From the IMG/VR virus record IMGVR_UViG_3300025000_000057: 64,000 nucleotides of DNA, one strand, 5' to 3'. Positions 39,347 through 47,125 of the stretch are shown here, piece by piece. How positions within the stretch are numbered: position 1 is the first letter of the stretch; each line of letters starts with the position of its first letter. Source of the stretch: a virus. Lineage: Duplodnaviria > Caudoviricetes. Made by a program: the position numbers and the translations under genes. The notes beneath the pieces were generated by a model. It was not told the origin of the DNA. It was given only the letters and a program-made list of their open reading frames with translations, and ran no database searches.

Positions 39347-40507
39347 GTGTGTAACAATAACTGGTGGGAAGGTAGTTCTGATGGTCGTAACATACAACCA
39401 GGAATTAGTAGACAGATGCTTATTGATGCTGGTATAGTTTCTGGTCGGAAGAGTTCTGACGGAGGAGACGGTTGCTTTATTGCAACAGAGATATATGGTG
39501 ATTCTCAGGCAAACGAAGTCAATCTGTTACGTCTTTATAGAGATGTAGTTATGCGTAATAGTTTTATAGGTAGACGATTGATTGACTTTTATTATGGGGT
39601 ATCTCCTACATTAGTTAAGTTAATTCGTAAGTTTCCCATTACTAAGAAAGTAATCACACCAATACTTAATACGATCGTTACCTGTGTTAACGAGGAACCA
39701 TCTCTAAGAAATGAAGAGTGCGATATCTCAATCCAGTTCAATACTGGATGTAATCTTGATTGCAAATTGTGCTTCCGGAAGCATGATACAGAAAGGAATA
39801 ATAAACATATCTATCTACAGAACTTCTGGAACTTTATAGATCGCTATAATTTCGAGCACGGCATTGAATGGATTATATGGGAAGGTAGAGGAGAACTATT
39901 CGTAGATTACATGTTTCCTTTTTGCCTGAATAGAATCTGTGAGAGACATCCTAATATTATTCATACAGTAATCACTAATGGCACAATAGATGCTCTAGAT
40001 GAACTTAAGTATCCTGAGAAGGTATACCTTTCTATATCTCTTGATGGCTTAAGAGATGTTCACGAGGATAACAGAGGTATAGGTACATTTAATAAGACGG
40101 TTGCATTTATAAAACACGCCTTAACAATGGGATTTGCCGACGTTACAATTCGTTCTATTGCTACAAAACGTTTTCTTTCTCAGCTACCACAGTTTAGTGA
40201 TTTTGTAAAAGAGTTATCCTCTGATATACATGTTTACGTACAGGAAGTAATACCTCCTTTTGACAAGTCTATGGATATTGAATATCTTTACACATCCAGG
40301 GATAGTATCGAAGTTACATGTACAGGCTTTACTAATATCATCCTTGAAAAGAAACATCACCTGCACAAACAGATTTCATTACATCCAGAGGGCATCTTTA
40401 ATTGCAATAAGCCTACATGTAAGATAGCTGACTATCATCATTGTATACCCGATGTGCTATCTGCTTATAATTTATCTAGGCTTGATTGTAAGAACTGTAA
40501 ATCATAA
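39347..40507 (+). CDS. CFI-box domain fused to radical SAM (SPASM/twitch-like) enzyme
   Basis: GGDGCFIATEIYG...V..LR.YRD....S.IGR..IDFYY.VSP; then CNLDCKLC (CxxxCxxC), GRGE, TNGT, SISLDG...H...RG.GTF; C-terminal ISLHPEG...C...C...CKNC. Confidence 0.8.
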   Translation: MCNNNWWEGSSDGRNIQPGISRQMLIDAGIVSGRKSSDGGDGCFIATEIYGDSQANEVNLLRLYRDVVMRNSFIGRRLIDFYYGVSPTLVKLIRKFPITKKVITPILNTIVTCVNEEPSLRNEECDISIQFNTGCNLDCKLCFRKHDTERNNKHIYLQNFWNFIDRYNFEHGIEWIIWEGRGELFVDYMFPFCLNRICERHPNIIHTVITNGTIDALDELKYPEKVYLSISLDGLRDVHEDNRGIGTFNKTVAFIKHALTMGFADVTIRSIATKRFLSQLPQFSDFVKELSSDIHVYVQEVIPPFDKSMDIEYLYTSRDSIEVTCTGFTNIILEKKHHLHKQISLHPEGIFNCNKPTCKIADYHHCIPDVLSAYNLSRLDCKNCKS

Positions 40508-40704
40508 TGGTGTATAAACCGGAAAGATCTATAATGAATATACAACCGTCTTTGTGCTATGCTATCTACGTTACAGAGGCAGAACGGGATGCTATTGAAG
40601 CAGCCTTATCAATGGGTCTTAAATCGACAGACTCGGATGTAAATGAATTTATGGATAGTCTAATCAGACGAGTGAAATACGCACCACTGGTGGACAAGTT
40701 ATGA
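40507..40704 (+). CDS. Small hypothetical protein
   Basis: Translationally coupled (TAATG) to the radical SAM gene. Confidence 0.55.
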   Translation: MVYKPERSIMNIQPSLCYAIYVTEAERDAIEAALSMGLKSTDSDVNEFMDSLIRRVKYAPLVDKL

Positions 40705-41279
40705 ATAGACAAACTAAATATATGTTACTGTTGAGCGAAGCAATGATATCTTTCACCTTCGCTCTAACAACGCCATTTGTACAATTACATTTTGTTAAGT
40801 TAGTCTCCCAAAATATCTATACCCTCTCTACACTTTTACAAACTACCTTTTGCGCTATACTTCAAACCATATTAAGGACTAAAGAAAACAGAGCGGTCTT
40901 TAGAAAATACTTTGTACTCGTTATGACAATAGATGTAATTCTAATGGTGGTAATAAACTATTACGGTATAAATAATACCAATCTAAGATTCCTTGGGTTT
41001 ACAATTATAAACTCAGTCACAGCAACCATATGGATTACTATTATGACCGAAGCGATAAACAACAACCTCTCATCGGAGAATCTTACAAACTTTCAAGTAT
41101 TAAGACAATCATGTGCCTCCTGGTCTATCGCTGCAGGAGGAGCTTTAGCTGTATTGATAAGCTACCTAAATATCGAATGGATCGTAATAGCTATTGTATT
41201 ACAGTGTGTAGTAAACTTAATCTATGCCATCTGCGATTATACTGTATATAAACGATTAACTACAGAAAATAAGGAGTAA
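40701..41279 (+). CDS. Six-TM membrane protein (half-MFS-like)
   Basis: Six hydrophobic segments with MFS-like spacing; ATGA overlap with the upstream gene. Confidence 0.65.
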   Translation: MNRQTKYMLLLSEAMISFTFALTTPFVQLHFVKLVSQNIYTLSTLLQTTFCAILQTILRTKENRAVFRKYFVLVMTIDVILMVVINYYGINNTNLRFLGFTIINSVTATIWITIMTEAINNNLSSENLTNFQVLRQSCASWSIAAGGALAVLISYLNIEWIVIAIVLQCVVNLIYAICDYTVYKRLTTENKE

Positions 41280-41291
41280 TATAAATCTATT

Positions 41292-41759
41292 ATGGAGGAA
41301 ATGATGAAATTTACTCGTAGTTCAAAGCACCAAAATGTATTGCAAGATTGGGTAATTGAAGAATGTTCGTTGATGATGCAAGGTACACTTGTTTCAGCCC
41401 TCCGTGGCTGTGACGGTGTTATTAAAGAAGACATTTCTAAGAAATTCACGCGAGCTATTCGTAGTGTTGTTTTGAACAACGCCTGCTCAAACATTCCGAA
41501 GTTTATTACCTTTGATGTCACAGAAGAAGATATTAAGGTCTTTCTCAAACAACCAGATCACTATCCTGTTCATTGGCTGATGCACTTTATCCATGCCACG
41601 GAGGTTGTGGGTTGGATGCATGACAATGAATCTATCCGCACTTGGTGGAGGGATTTATACTTCCGGATGTGTGATATGTTGCATTTAAATCCGGAAACCC
41701 AGGAGCAGTTTTATGCACGGTTAAGTGATGGGCAGGAAAAGGATTGTTGGAAATCTTGA
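41292..41759 (+). CDS. Phage hypothetical protein, His-rich motif
   Basis: LQDWV...MMQGTLVSALRGCDG..KED..K...R; DHYPVHWLMHFIHATEVVG. Confidence 0.7.
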   Translation: MEEMMKFTRSSKHQNVLQDWVIEECSLMMQGTLVSALRGCDGVIKEDISKKFTRAIRSVVLNNACSNIPKFITFDVTEEDIKVFLKQPDHYPVHWLMHFIHATEVVGWMHDNESIRTWWRDLYFRMCDMLHLNPETQEQFYARLSDGQEKDCWKS

Positions 41760-41795
41760 TTATAAAGACCTCATCAATTAGAGGAGATTTAAACT

Positions 41796-42212
41796 ATGAA
41801 TGAACCAGTTTTAGGCAAGGCGGAACCTCATGGATATGATCATAAACCTATTACCTGGGGTGCCTTTTTAAAACTAAGAGAGGCTGCTCAAAAGGTAGCT
41901 GATAGTTTTGGTTATCCTGTTTATCTCGTAGGTTCTGCGTTACATAAAGAGATACCAAGGGATGTAGATGTATCAGTTATTATACCTTTAGATAAATATG
42001 AAGAACTATTTAAAAAACTACCTGAAAAACAGGAATATTATAGCGCTTACTTAGGAAGAGTATTTCATCGGTCTTGGCAATATACCTGTCATCTGCATGT
42101 ATGTGATATTGAATATCATTTAGACATCAAAGTATGTCCTAATACATGGTGGATTGATAAACCTAAAATGTTATTAGCAGAACCAGGGAATAATGATAGG
42201 GGTGTTATATGA
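41796..42212 (+). CDS. Minimal nucleotidyltransferase (Pol-beta superfamily)
   Basis: YLVGSAL....PRDVDVSV (GS...DxD) plus distal HLDIKV Asp. Confidence 0.7.
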   Translation: MNEPVLGKAEPHGYDHKPITWGAFLKLREAAQKVADSFGYPVYLVGSALHKEIPRDVDVSVIIPLDKYEELFKKLPEKQEYYSAYLGRVFHRSWQYTCHLHVCDIEYHLDIKVCPNTWWIDKPKMLLAEPGNNDRGVI

Positions 42213-42445
42213 TGTCAGAATCCATTGAATTTATAGAAGTTGCAGAAGGTGTCAAATGCCCCTGTGGTTATATTGATGCTACAAAACCTGTTGGAATACC
42301 GTTCTCACAAATATCCTGTCAAATGAGTGGCTGCAAAGGTTGCAAACACTTTAACGGCACAGAATACTTCACAAGAAATATCCCAAAAGGCGTAGGGATA
42401 TGGGCCAAGGAACAGCTTAAGGAGATGAAGAAAAGTGGCTCGTAG
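42209..42445 (+). CDS. Small Cys-containing hypothetical protein
   Basis: CPCG...C...GCKGCKHF; coupled starts/stops. Confidence 0.6.
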   Translation: MMSESIEFIEVAEGVKCPCGYIDATKPVGIPFSQISCQMSGCKGCKHFNGTEYFTRNIPKGVGIWAKEQLKEMKKSGS

Positions 42446-42764
42446 GAAGTCTATTATAGAAGCCATAGTAGATGGTGATTCTCTCAGACCAGTTCACCAA
42501 GAACTTGATGCCTGGGCTTTTGAATTAGAACAGGCTATCAAACAGGGTAATTATGAAAACCGAGGTAAGATACAGAGGAAACTCGCCGCAGTCTGGAAGG
42601 CTCGGGATAAAGCATATTGTAAACATAGAGCTAATCATGAGAATCCATCTGGACTTACAAGTGCCGAACGTAAGAATGCCGGATTTCCCATACCTCCATC
42701 TCCATCGCCGACTCGTATGGTTAAAGAGGGAGCTAAACCTCGTGGTATGAAAACTATAAGTTAA
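42435..42764 (+). CDS. Hypothetical protein
   Basis: RBS AAGGAG, 109 aa. Confidence 0.65.
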   Translation: MARRKSIIEAIVDGDSLRPVHQELDAWAFELEQAIKQGNYENRGKIQRKLAAVWKARDKAYCKHRANHENPSGLTSAERKNAGFPIPPSPSPTRMVKEGAKPRGMKTIS

Positions 42765-42796
42765 TGTATCTTAAAATGCTAATAGCGGGAACAACA

Positions 42797-42832
42797 TGAT
42801 TAGAGGACGTTATCATTAACGTCCTCTAATCA
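42797..42832. promoter_or_regulatory. 16-bp perfect intergenic hairpin
   Basis: TGATTAGAGGACGTTA-TCAT-TAACGTCCTCTAATCA. Confidence 0.55.
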
Positions 42833-42852
42833 CTCCCACGGGTTGAAGATCC

Positions 42853-43269
42853 TTGCGAATCAGCTGTTATACTATCAACATTAGATTATCCATTAATACA
42901 CTGTATATACCATACAATATTTGGAAGAACGAGCTGTTCCTTAAGAGAATCCATGTCAAATCGGAGGTAAATTATAGAGTGCCTATCTTATTAATATCGC
43001 CAGTAAACTTAAACGAATACTCACCCATATTACACAGGGTTATCTTTGATAACTATAAATTAGGTTGGCTCATGGAGTTTTCTGATTACGTACATTACTC
43101 AGTTTGGGGTATCGCGAAGAACGAAGCTCAGGCTCTTAAAATTGCTACCGATTGTCTTAATATCTACGAGGGTATCACGCCCTTGCTCTACAAATTGCCG
43201 GTAGGCAAATCGTTGAGCCTCGAAGAGGCGAAACTGATTAAAGAGAACTCTAAAAAATTGTTAGTTTAG
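42853..43269 (+). CDS. Hypothetical protein (start uncertain)
   Basis: 138-aa ORF ending just before a strong terminator; weak RBS. Confidence 0.5.
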   Translation: MRISCYTINIRLSINTLYIPYNIWKNELFLKRIHVKSEVNYRVPILLISPVNLNEYSPILHRVIFDNYKLGWLMEFSDYVHYSVWGIAKNEAQALKIATDCLNIYEGITPLLYKLPVGKSLSLEEAKLIKENSKKLLV

Positions 43270-43289
43270 AATCTAATATGAATAAGCAT

Positions 43290-43323
43290 AAAACAAGACC
43301 TCGTGCAAACGAGGTCTTGTTTT
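43290..43323 (+). terminator. Intrinsic (bidirectional-type) terminator
   Basis: AAAACAAGACCTCGT-GCAA-ACGAGGTCTTGTTTT, GNRA loop, T-tract. Confidence 0.85.
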
Positions 43324-43536
43324 GTTTAAGGGCCCTATATACTGAAAAATTTGTACATATATATTTAAATTCGCGTGTTTGTTGTGTTTAAGAGGGAGGG
43401 AAGTGGGGAGGTTTCAGGTGGGGCCTATAAGAGGATAGATAGATATATTTTTGATTGGTACCAGAACTAGGTATACAAGAAGATTCACGCTGTTCAATGC
43501 CCCACCGGGTAAATAATAACTAAAGGAGGAGATATT

Positions 43537-43680
43537 ATGACTAAGAAAGAGATTAAGAAAGTACAAGAGTATGTACGTAGTGTTGGGATTAAGACTAGTT
43601 TACAACTGGATAGGGTTAAACTAATTGAGTTCTGTAAATGGGCTGCTGAACGTGGTGTTATATTCTTGGATAGGAGGTAA
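43537..43680 (+). CDS. 47-aa small protein (not in track)
   Basis: AAAGGAGGAG RBS; MTKKEIKKVQEYVRSVGIKTSLQLDRVKLIEFCKWAAERGVIFLDRR. Confidence 0.7.
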   Translation: MTKKEIKKVQEYVRSVGIKTSLQLDRVKLIEFCKWAAERGVIFLDRR

Positions 43681-43685
43681 GTATT

Positions 43686-43829
43686 ATGTCAGAGCATGTG
43701 TGTATGATGATTGATGAATTCAGTCTCATAGATGATGTACGTAAGCAAGTCGTACATCTAGGGGATTCAGTTATGTTCTTATGGCACGATGAGGAAGGCT
43801 TTCCTTACGTGCAAACAGTTAAGTACTAG
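43686..43829 (+). CDS. 47-aa small protein (not in track)
   Basis: AGGAGGT RBS; MSEHVCMMIDEFSLIDDVRKQVVHLGDSVMFLWHDEEGFPYVQTVKY. Confidence 0.65.
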   Translation: MSEHVCMMIDEFSLIDDVRKQVVHLGDSVMFLWHDEEGFPYVQTVKY

Positions 43830-43860
43830 TATCTTATCATTCTTTTAAGGAGGTGACATC

Positions 43861-43953
43861 ATGAATTATTGGGGTATCTTTGTTCTTATCTTTGTTATAG
43901 TTAGTGTATTTAGTGGTATGTACGTTATTAGTAAAGATGACTCTTTAAACTAG
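43861..43953 (+). CDS. 30-aa single-TM peptide (not in track)
   Basis: AAGGAGGTGA RBS; MNYWGIFVLIFVIVSVFSGMYVISKDDSLN. Confidence 0.65.
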   Translation: MNYWGIFVLIFVIVSVFSGMYVISKDDSLN

Positions 43954-44110
43954 CCATGAGTGGTACACTCAGCCTTGTACGTGCAGTGGTTAAACGTCAC
44001 TACAGCGTAGACGGAACCGTTGCCCATATGGGCAAGCGTCGTAGTAGTGCAAACACGGTGATTAAACAGGTCACCCTTTTAAGCAGCACACTAGCCTTAC
44101 TAGTGTAGTA
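43954..44110 (+). ncRNA. Candidate structured RNA/leader (unidentified)
   Basis: Multiple stems: TGAGTG/CACTCA, TTGCCC/GGGCAA, GACG/CGTC, CACTAC/GTAGTG, GGTGA/TCACC, ACACTAG/CTAGTGT; two loops carry TTAAAC. Confidence 0.35.
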
Positions 44111-44146
44111 GAAGGAAGCGTTTATTTAAAGGAGGAGGAGATACAC

Positions 44147-44710
44147 ATGATGATAATAGAGGTATGGGAAGACTTACGTAGTGAGTTTCCTGAATTAAAT
44201 GATGTACCTGAATTACAGATTAACAGTAGAGTATCTTGTACCTATGGTGCAGCTATTGCACTAGAGACTATGCCTTTAGACTTTGTAACAGAGGCTCTGA
44301 TGATAGAGCAAGGGTTACACATACATGAGGATTGGAAGAGTATATTAGACCGTATGTTAGATGGCTCTGTAGAATCACTAATTGGTATAGTTAAAGGGGT
44401 AATTCCTAATCCTGATAATAATGACCTGCTACGTTTTGCATTATTACATGAGGCAGGTCATTGGTTTGATTATAAAGCTTCTGGTCTTGATGCAGTAGCT
44501 TATCTTACATTAATGAATAATGCACATATGGAAACACTTATTAATGCAGAATCTCTTACCTTTATGACAGGTAGGGATTCATGGCCTGAGAAACCAGCTG
44601 ATGATTATGCTATCAGTAAACTTAGGCAGTACCATAGTAAGCGTGTTACTGGTATGAGTACTTATATTAAGCATGTTTTTAATAAGTTAGTAAGCTGCTT
44701 AATTAAGTAG
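44147..44710 (+). CDS. Zn metallopeptidase-like protein (HExxH)
   Basis: FALLHEAGHW; E..ADDYA downstream; strong RBS. Confidence 0.7.
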   Translation: MMIIEVWEDLRSEFPELNDVPELQINSRVSCTYGAAIALETMPLDFVTEALMIEQGLHIHEDWKSILDRMLDGSVESLIGIVKGVIPNPDNNDLLRFALLHEAGHWFDYKASGLDAVAYLTLMNNAHMETLINAESLTFMTGRDSWPEKPADDYAISKLRQYHSKRVTGMSTYIKHVFNKLVSCLIK

Positions 44711-44718
44711 GTAGATTG

Positions 44719-44744
44719 AACCCAGGTGTATGTGCCTGGGTTTT
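44719..44744 (+). terminator. Intrinsic terminator
   Basis: AACCCAGG-N8-CCTGGGTT followed by TT. Confidence 0.7.
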
Positions 44745-44759
44745 ACTGTGCCTATCACT

Positions 44760-44895
44760 ATAAGCTAAAGAGCCGCGCCTGTCTGGTCTTGTAAATACAT
44801 ATAACCAGATAACAGGTCACCGCAAGGGAGCGCCCGCATGTGACGGGATAATAGCCATGACTTAGAGATTAGCTGAGCTTAGATTCTAAGTATAG
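44760..44895 (+). ncRNA. Candidate structured 5' leader (unidentified)
   Basis: CCTGTCTGGT/ACCAGATAACAGG stem, CC-GCAA-GG tetraloop, CCCG/CGGG, CTAAAG/CTTTAG closing stem; GC-richer than flanks. Confidence 0.35.
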
Positions 44896-44910
44896 AAAGG
44901 AGGTGCCATT

Positions 44911-45201
44911 ATGCTAGAGATGATTAAAGGTTTCTTTAATACCTGTGTTGGCTATGTGAAGAGTTTGTTTATTAGAACAGACAGTGGTAATTTAACAACA
45001 GGTCAGACTATAGTAGCTTGTGTAGTTGCCGCTGTTACAGCTTATGTTCTTTTCCCCGTTATTGTTTATGTTAGTCAGTGGGGTGCATTATTAGGTTTGT
45101 ATGCTGGTTTCTTTCTTACCATGTTCACTGTTTTATTTGCTATTAATTATGTAGTAGCTACCGCTTTGAGGCATGCCATTAGACATAATTACGCTGCGTA
45201 G
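44911..45201 (+). CDS. Small two-TM membrane protein
   Basis: AAAGGAGGTG RBS; two hydrophobic helices. Confidence 0.75.
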   Translation: MLEMIKGFFNTCVGYVKSLFIRTDSGNLTTGQTIVACVVAAVTAYVLFPVIVYVSQWGALLGLYAGFFLTMFTVLFAINYVVATALRHAIRHNYAA

Positions 45202-45273
45202 TGCTTATACCGTGATACCTAGATATTCTTCATCAAGGTTAGATATAGTTGGATATCTAGTACCAAGTATTCC

Positions 45274-45311
45274 CCCTTGTCGAACTCTTACCAGTAAGAG
45301 TTCGACAAGGG
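45274..45311. promoter_or_regulatory. 18-bp perfect intergenic hairpin
   Basis: CCCTTGTCGAACTCTTAC-CA-GTAAGAGTTCGACAAGGG. Confidence 0.6.
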
Positions 45312-45379
45312 TTATTTAAATTCCTGCTTTACACTAAATTAATTTATTGCCGAATATACGGCGGAAAGGGGTATGTCAA

Positions 45380-46591
45380 ATGACAACCTTTAATCAAATG
45401 ATGGAAGATATGCAAGCTGCTAATGTACAGTATCAAATGTTAATGAATCTGGAATATGTTAGCTACGATTACTGCCCTGTTGTTACTGGTATGTGTAGCA
45501 ATACTATGTTCTGCAGTGCTTGCCCTGAATTAAATAAATTAAATAATAAGGAGGAAGTTAAAATGATGAATATTAATAACCAGTTTGAAATGTTGATGGG
45601 TGAAGTTGCTGAGGATTACTGTCCGATAGTTAATGATATGTGTGATAATCATCGTTGCACTACTTGCTTAGATATGGCTCTGTACAATACCGATTATAGT
45701 ATTCTCCCGGTTGCCGATGAGTTTGAGATTACACCGGTAGTTGCCCCTGTTATTACCCCGACTGCCGGCTTGAGTAAGATGAAGAAGGCTGAGCTGATTA
45801 ATGAATTAACCATGGCGCGTGAGCGGTATGATAACCTCTATGAGGCACATTCAGAGATGAGCCATGATTACTTTACCCTGGTTAATGACGAGTCGGATTA
45901 CTGTGATACCTGTGATGTAGTAGCTGGTTTAGAAACCCGTATTGATAATGCCATTCAGGTGTACAAAGAGCAAGAGGCTGTTATTGCTGCCCTGCGTCAG
46001 AGCTTGCTAATTGCCTGTAATAATAACACTGCCAAAATGGGTGTTGTCATGAATAACGTACTAAAGAATGCTCCAGCTGTTAACCAGGAGTTAATCAAGA
46101 GCTATAGTGCCCGCAATGCTAAGCCTGCACCGGCACCGCAAACTCAGGTTACCGTACCGCCGGTTGTAACTATTGAGACTGTAGAGCCTGTTTACACAGA
46201 GCAGCCCTGGATGATAAACAGCATCATTAAGTTCCAAGGTAAGAAAAAGGGCACCGCTGTTATACCGGTAGTAGACGCTACTTGTCCCATTTGCGGTAAG
46301 AATGGTATACCCATTGATGAGGCTAACTACAGCCATAGGAAGTTTGTACCGGGTACTGCAATTTGTGCTCATTGTCAGAAAGCAATCCGTGATGCTAATT
46401 TCATACCTCAGATTAAAGCATTAGTAACTAGTAGTACTCATACTGACAGCATAGTGAATGTTATAAAAGCCGCTCTTAATATCAATCAAGCTCCTGTAGT
46501 GGCTGAAATAGTTGGACAAAGTAATACCAGCCTAGATAATGTTAGACAAGCTCAAGATGCTGGTGTAGATATCTCAGATATGAAGTTCTAA
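45380..46591 (+). CDS. Multi-Zn-finger coiled-coil hypothetical protein with duplicated N-terminus
   Basis: ATG 45380 after AAAGGGG; two DYCP.V..MC.N..C..C units; C-terminal CPICG...EANYS...AICAHCQK finger. Confidence 0.75.
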   Translation: MTTFNQMMEDMQAANVQYQMLMNLEYVSYDYCPVVTGMCSNTMFCSACPELNKLNNKEEVKMMNINNQFEMLMGEVAEDYCPIVNDMCDNHRCTTCLDMALYNTDYSILPVADEFEITPVVAPVITPTAGLSKMKKAELINELTMARERYDNLYEAHSEMSHDYFTLVNDESDYCDTCDVVAGLETRIDNAIQVYKEQEAVIAALRQSLLIACNNNTAKMGVVMNNVLKNAPAVNQELIKSYSARNAKPAPAPQTQVTVPPVVTIETVEPVYTEQPWMINSIIKFQGKKKGTAVIPVVDATCPICGKNGIPIDEANYSHRKFVPGTAICAHCQKAIRDANFIPQIKALVTSSTHTDSIVNVIKAALNINQAPVVAEIVGQSNTSLDNVRQAQDAGVDISDMKF

Positions 46592-46610
46592 TAGTATTAT
46601 ATTGTTTTTA

Positions 46611-46764
46611 TAGTCTCATAATATATACATGTCGTACTAAGTATAGGTGGTATACTATTTTGAGACTAGCTAACATTATGAGATTATCAGACACTAATTG
46701 TGTCAGGAGTCTCATAATGTATAGCTAACGTATTAAGTCTAGGTGATACATTATTATGAGACTA
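46611..46764. repeat. Two 58-bp units, each bounded by TAGTCTCATAAT/ATTATGAGACTA-type inverted repeats
   Basis: 46611-46668 and 46707-46764 match at 46/58 positions by hand count; extra box at 46675-46686. Confidence 0.85.
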
Positions 46765-47016
46765 TTATCTAGCTTTGTATCTATACTTAAGATATTTAGT
46801 CCTAATAAACCATATACCATTTCTTGCACGGCGTAACCATCCGTCTTCTCTAAGTTGTTTGATCATACTTTCTTTACCTATTTCTATACCTATATTGATT
46901 AGGTATTCTCTAATAGTAGAGGTATCGAAGTCTTTAAGTTCGTTACCTTTTATTCTGAAGATAGTCGCTCTACTCTTATTGAGTAAGCTTGCGACCTCTT
47001 CTGCATTTAGAAACAT
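46765..47016 (-). CDS. Small HTH DNA-binding protein with KilAC/ANT-like C-terminal segment
   Basis: LNAEEVASLLNKSRATIFRI helix-turn-helix; IGIEIG..SM..QLREDGWL; RBS GAGGGTG; only credible minus-strand gene in 35.5-64 kb. Confidence 0.65.
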   Translation of the reverse strand: MFLNAEEVASLLNKSRATIFRIKGNELKDFDTSTIREYLINIGIEIGKESMIKQLREDGWLRRARNGIWFIRTKYLKYRYKAR

Positions 47017-47079
47017 CTATTGTCGGCACCCTCTCTATATAGTATCATTTATATAGTCTGACTGGACTGACACATGGCA

Positions 47080-47091
47080 TTTATGAGACTA
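47080..47091. promoter_or_regulatory. Additional TTTATGAGACTA box upstream of the HTH gene (candidate operator)
   Basis: 11/12 match to the ATTATGAGACTA box at 46753-46764. Confidence 0.5.
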
Positions 47092-47125
47092 ATTATAATC
47101 TTATATAGATTGGTTTGTCAAACTC

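Noticed and set aside
46611-46764. Protelomerase (telRL) site
   Set aside because: telRL sites are near-perfect palindromes; here only the 12-bp arms are inverted around an asymmetric core, and no protelomerase is in the window.
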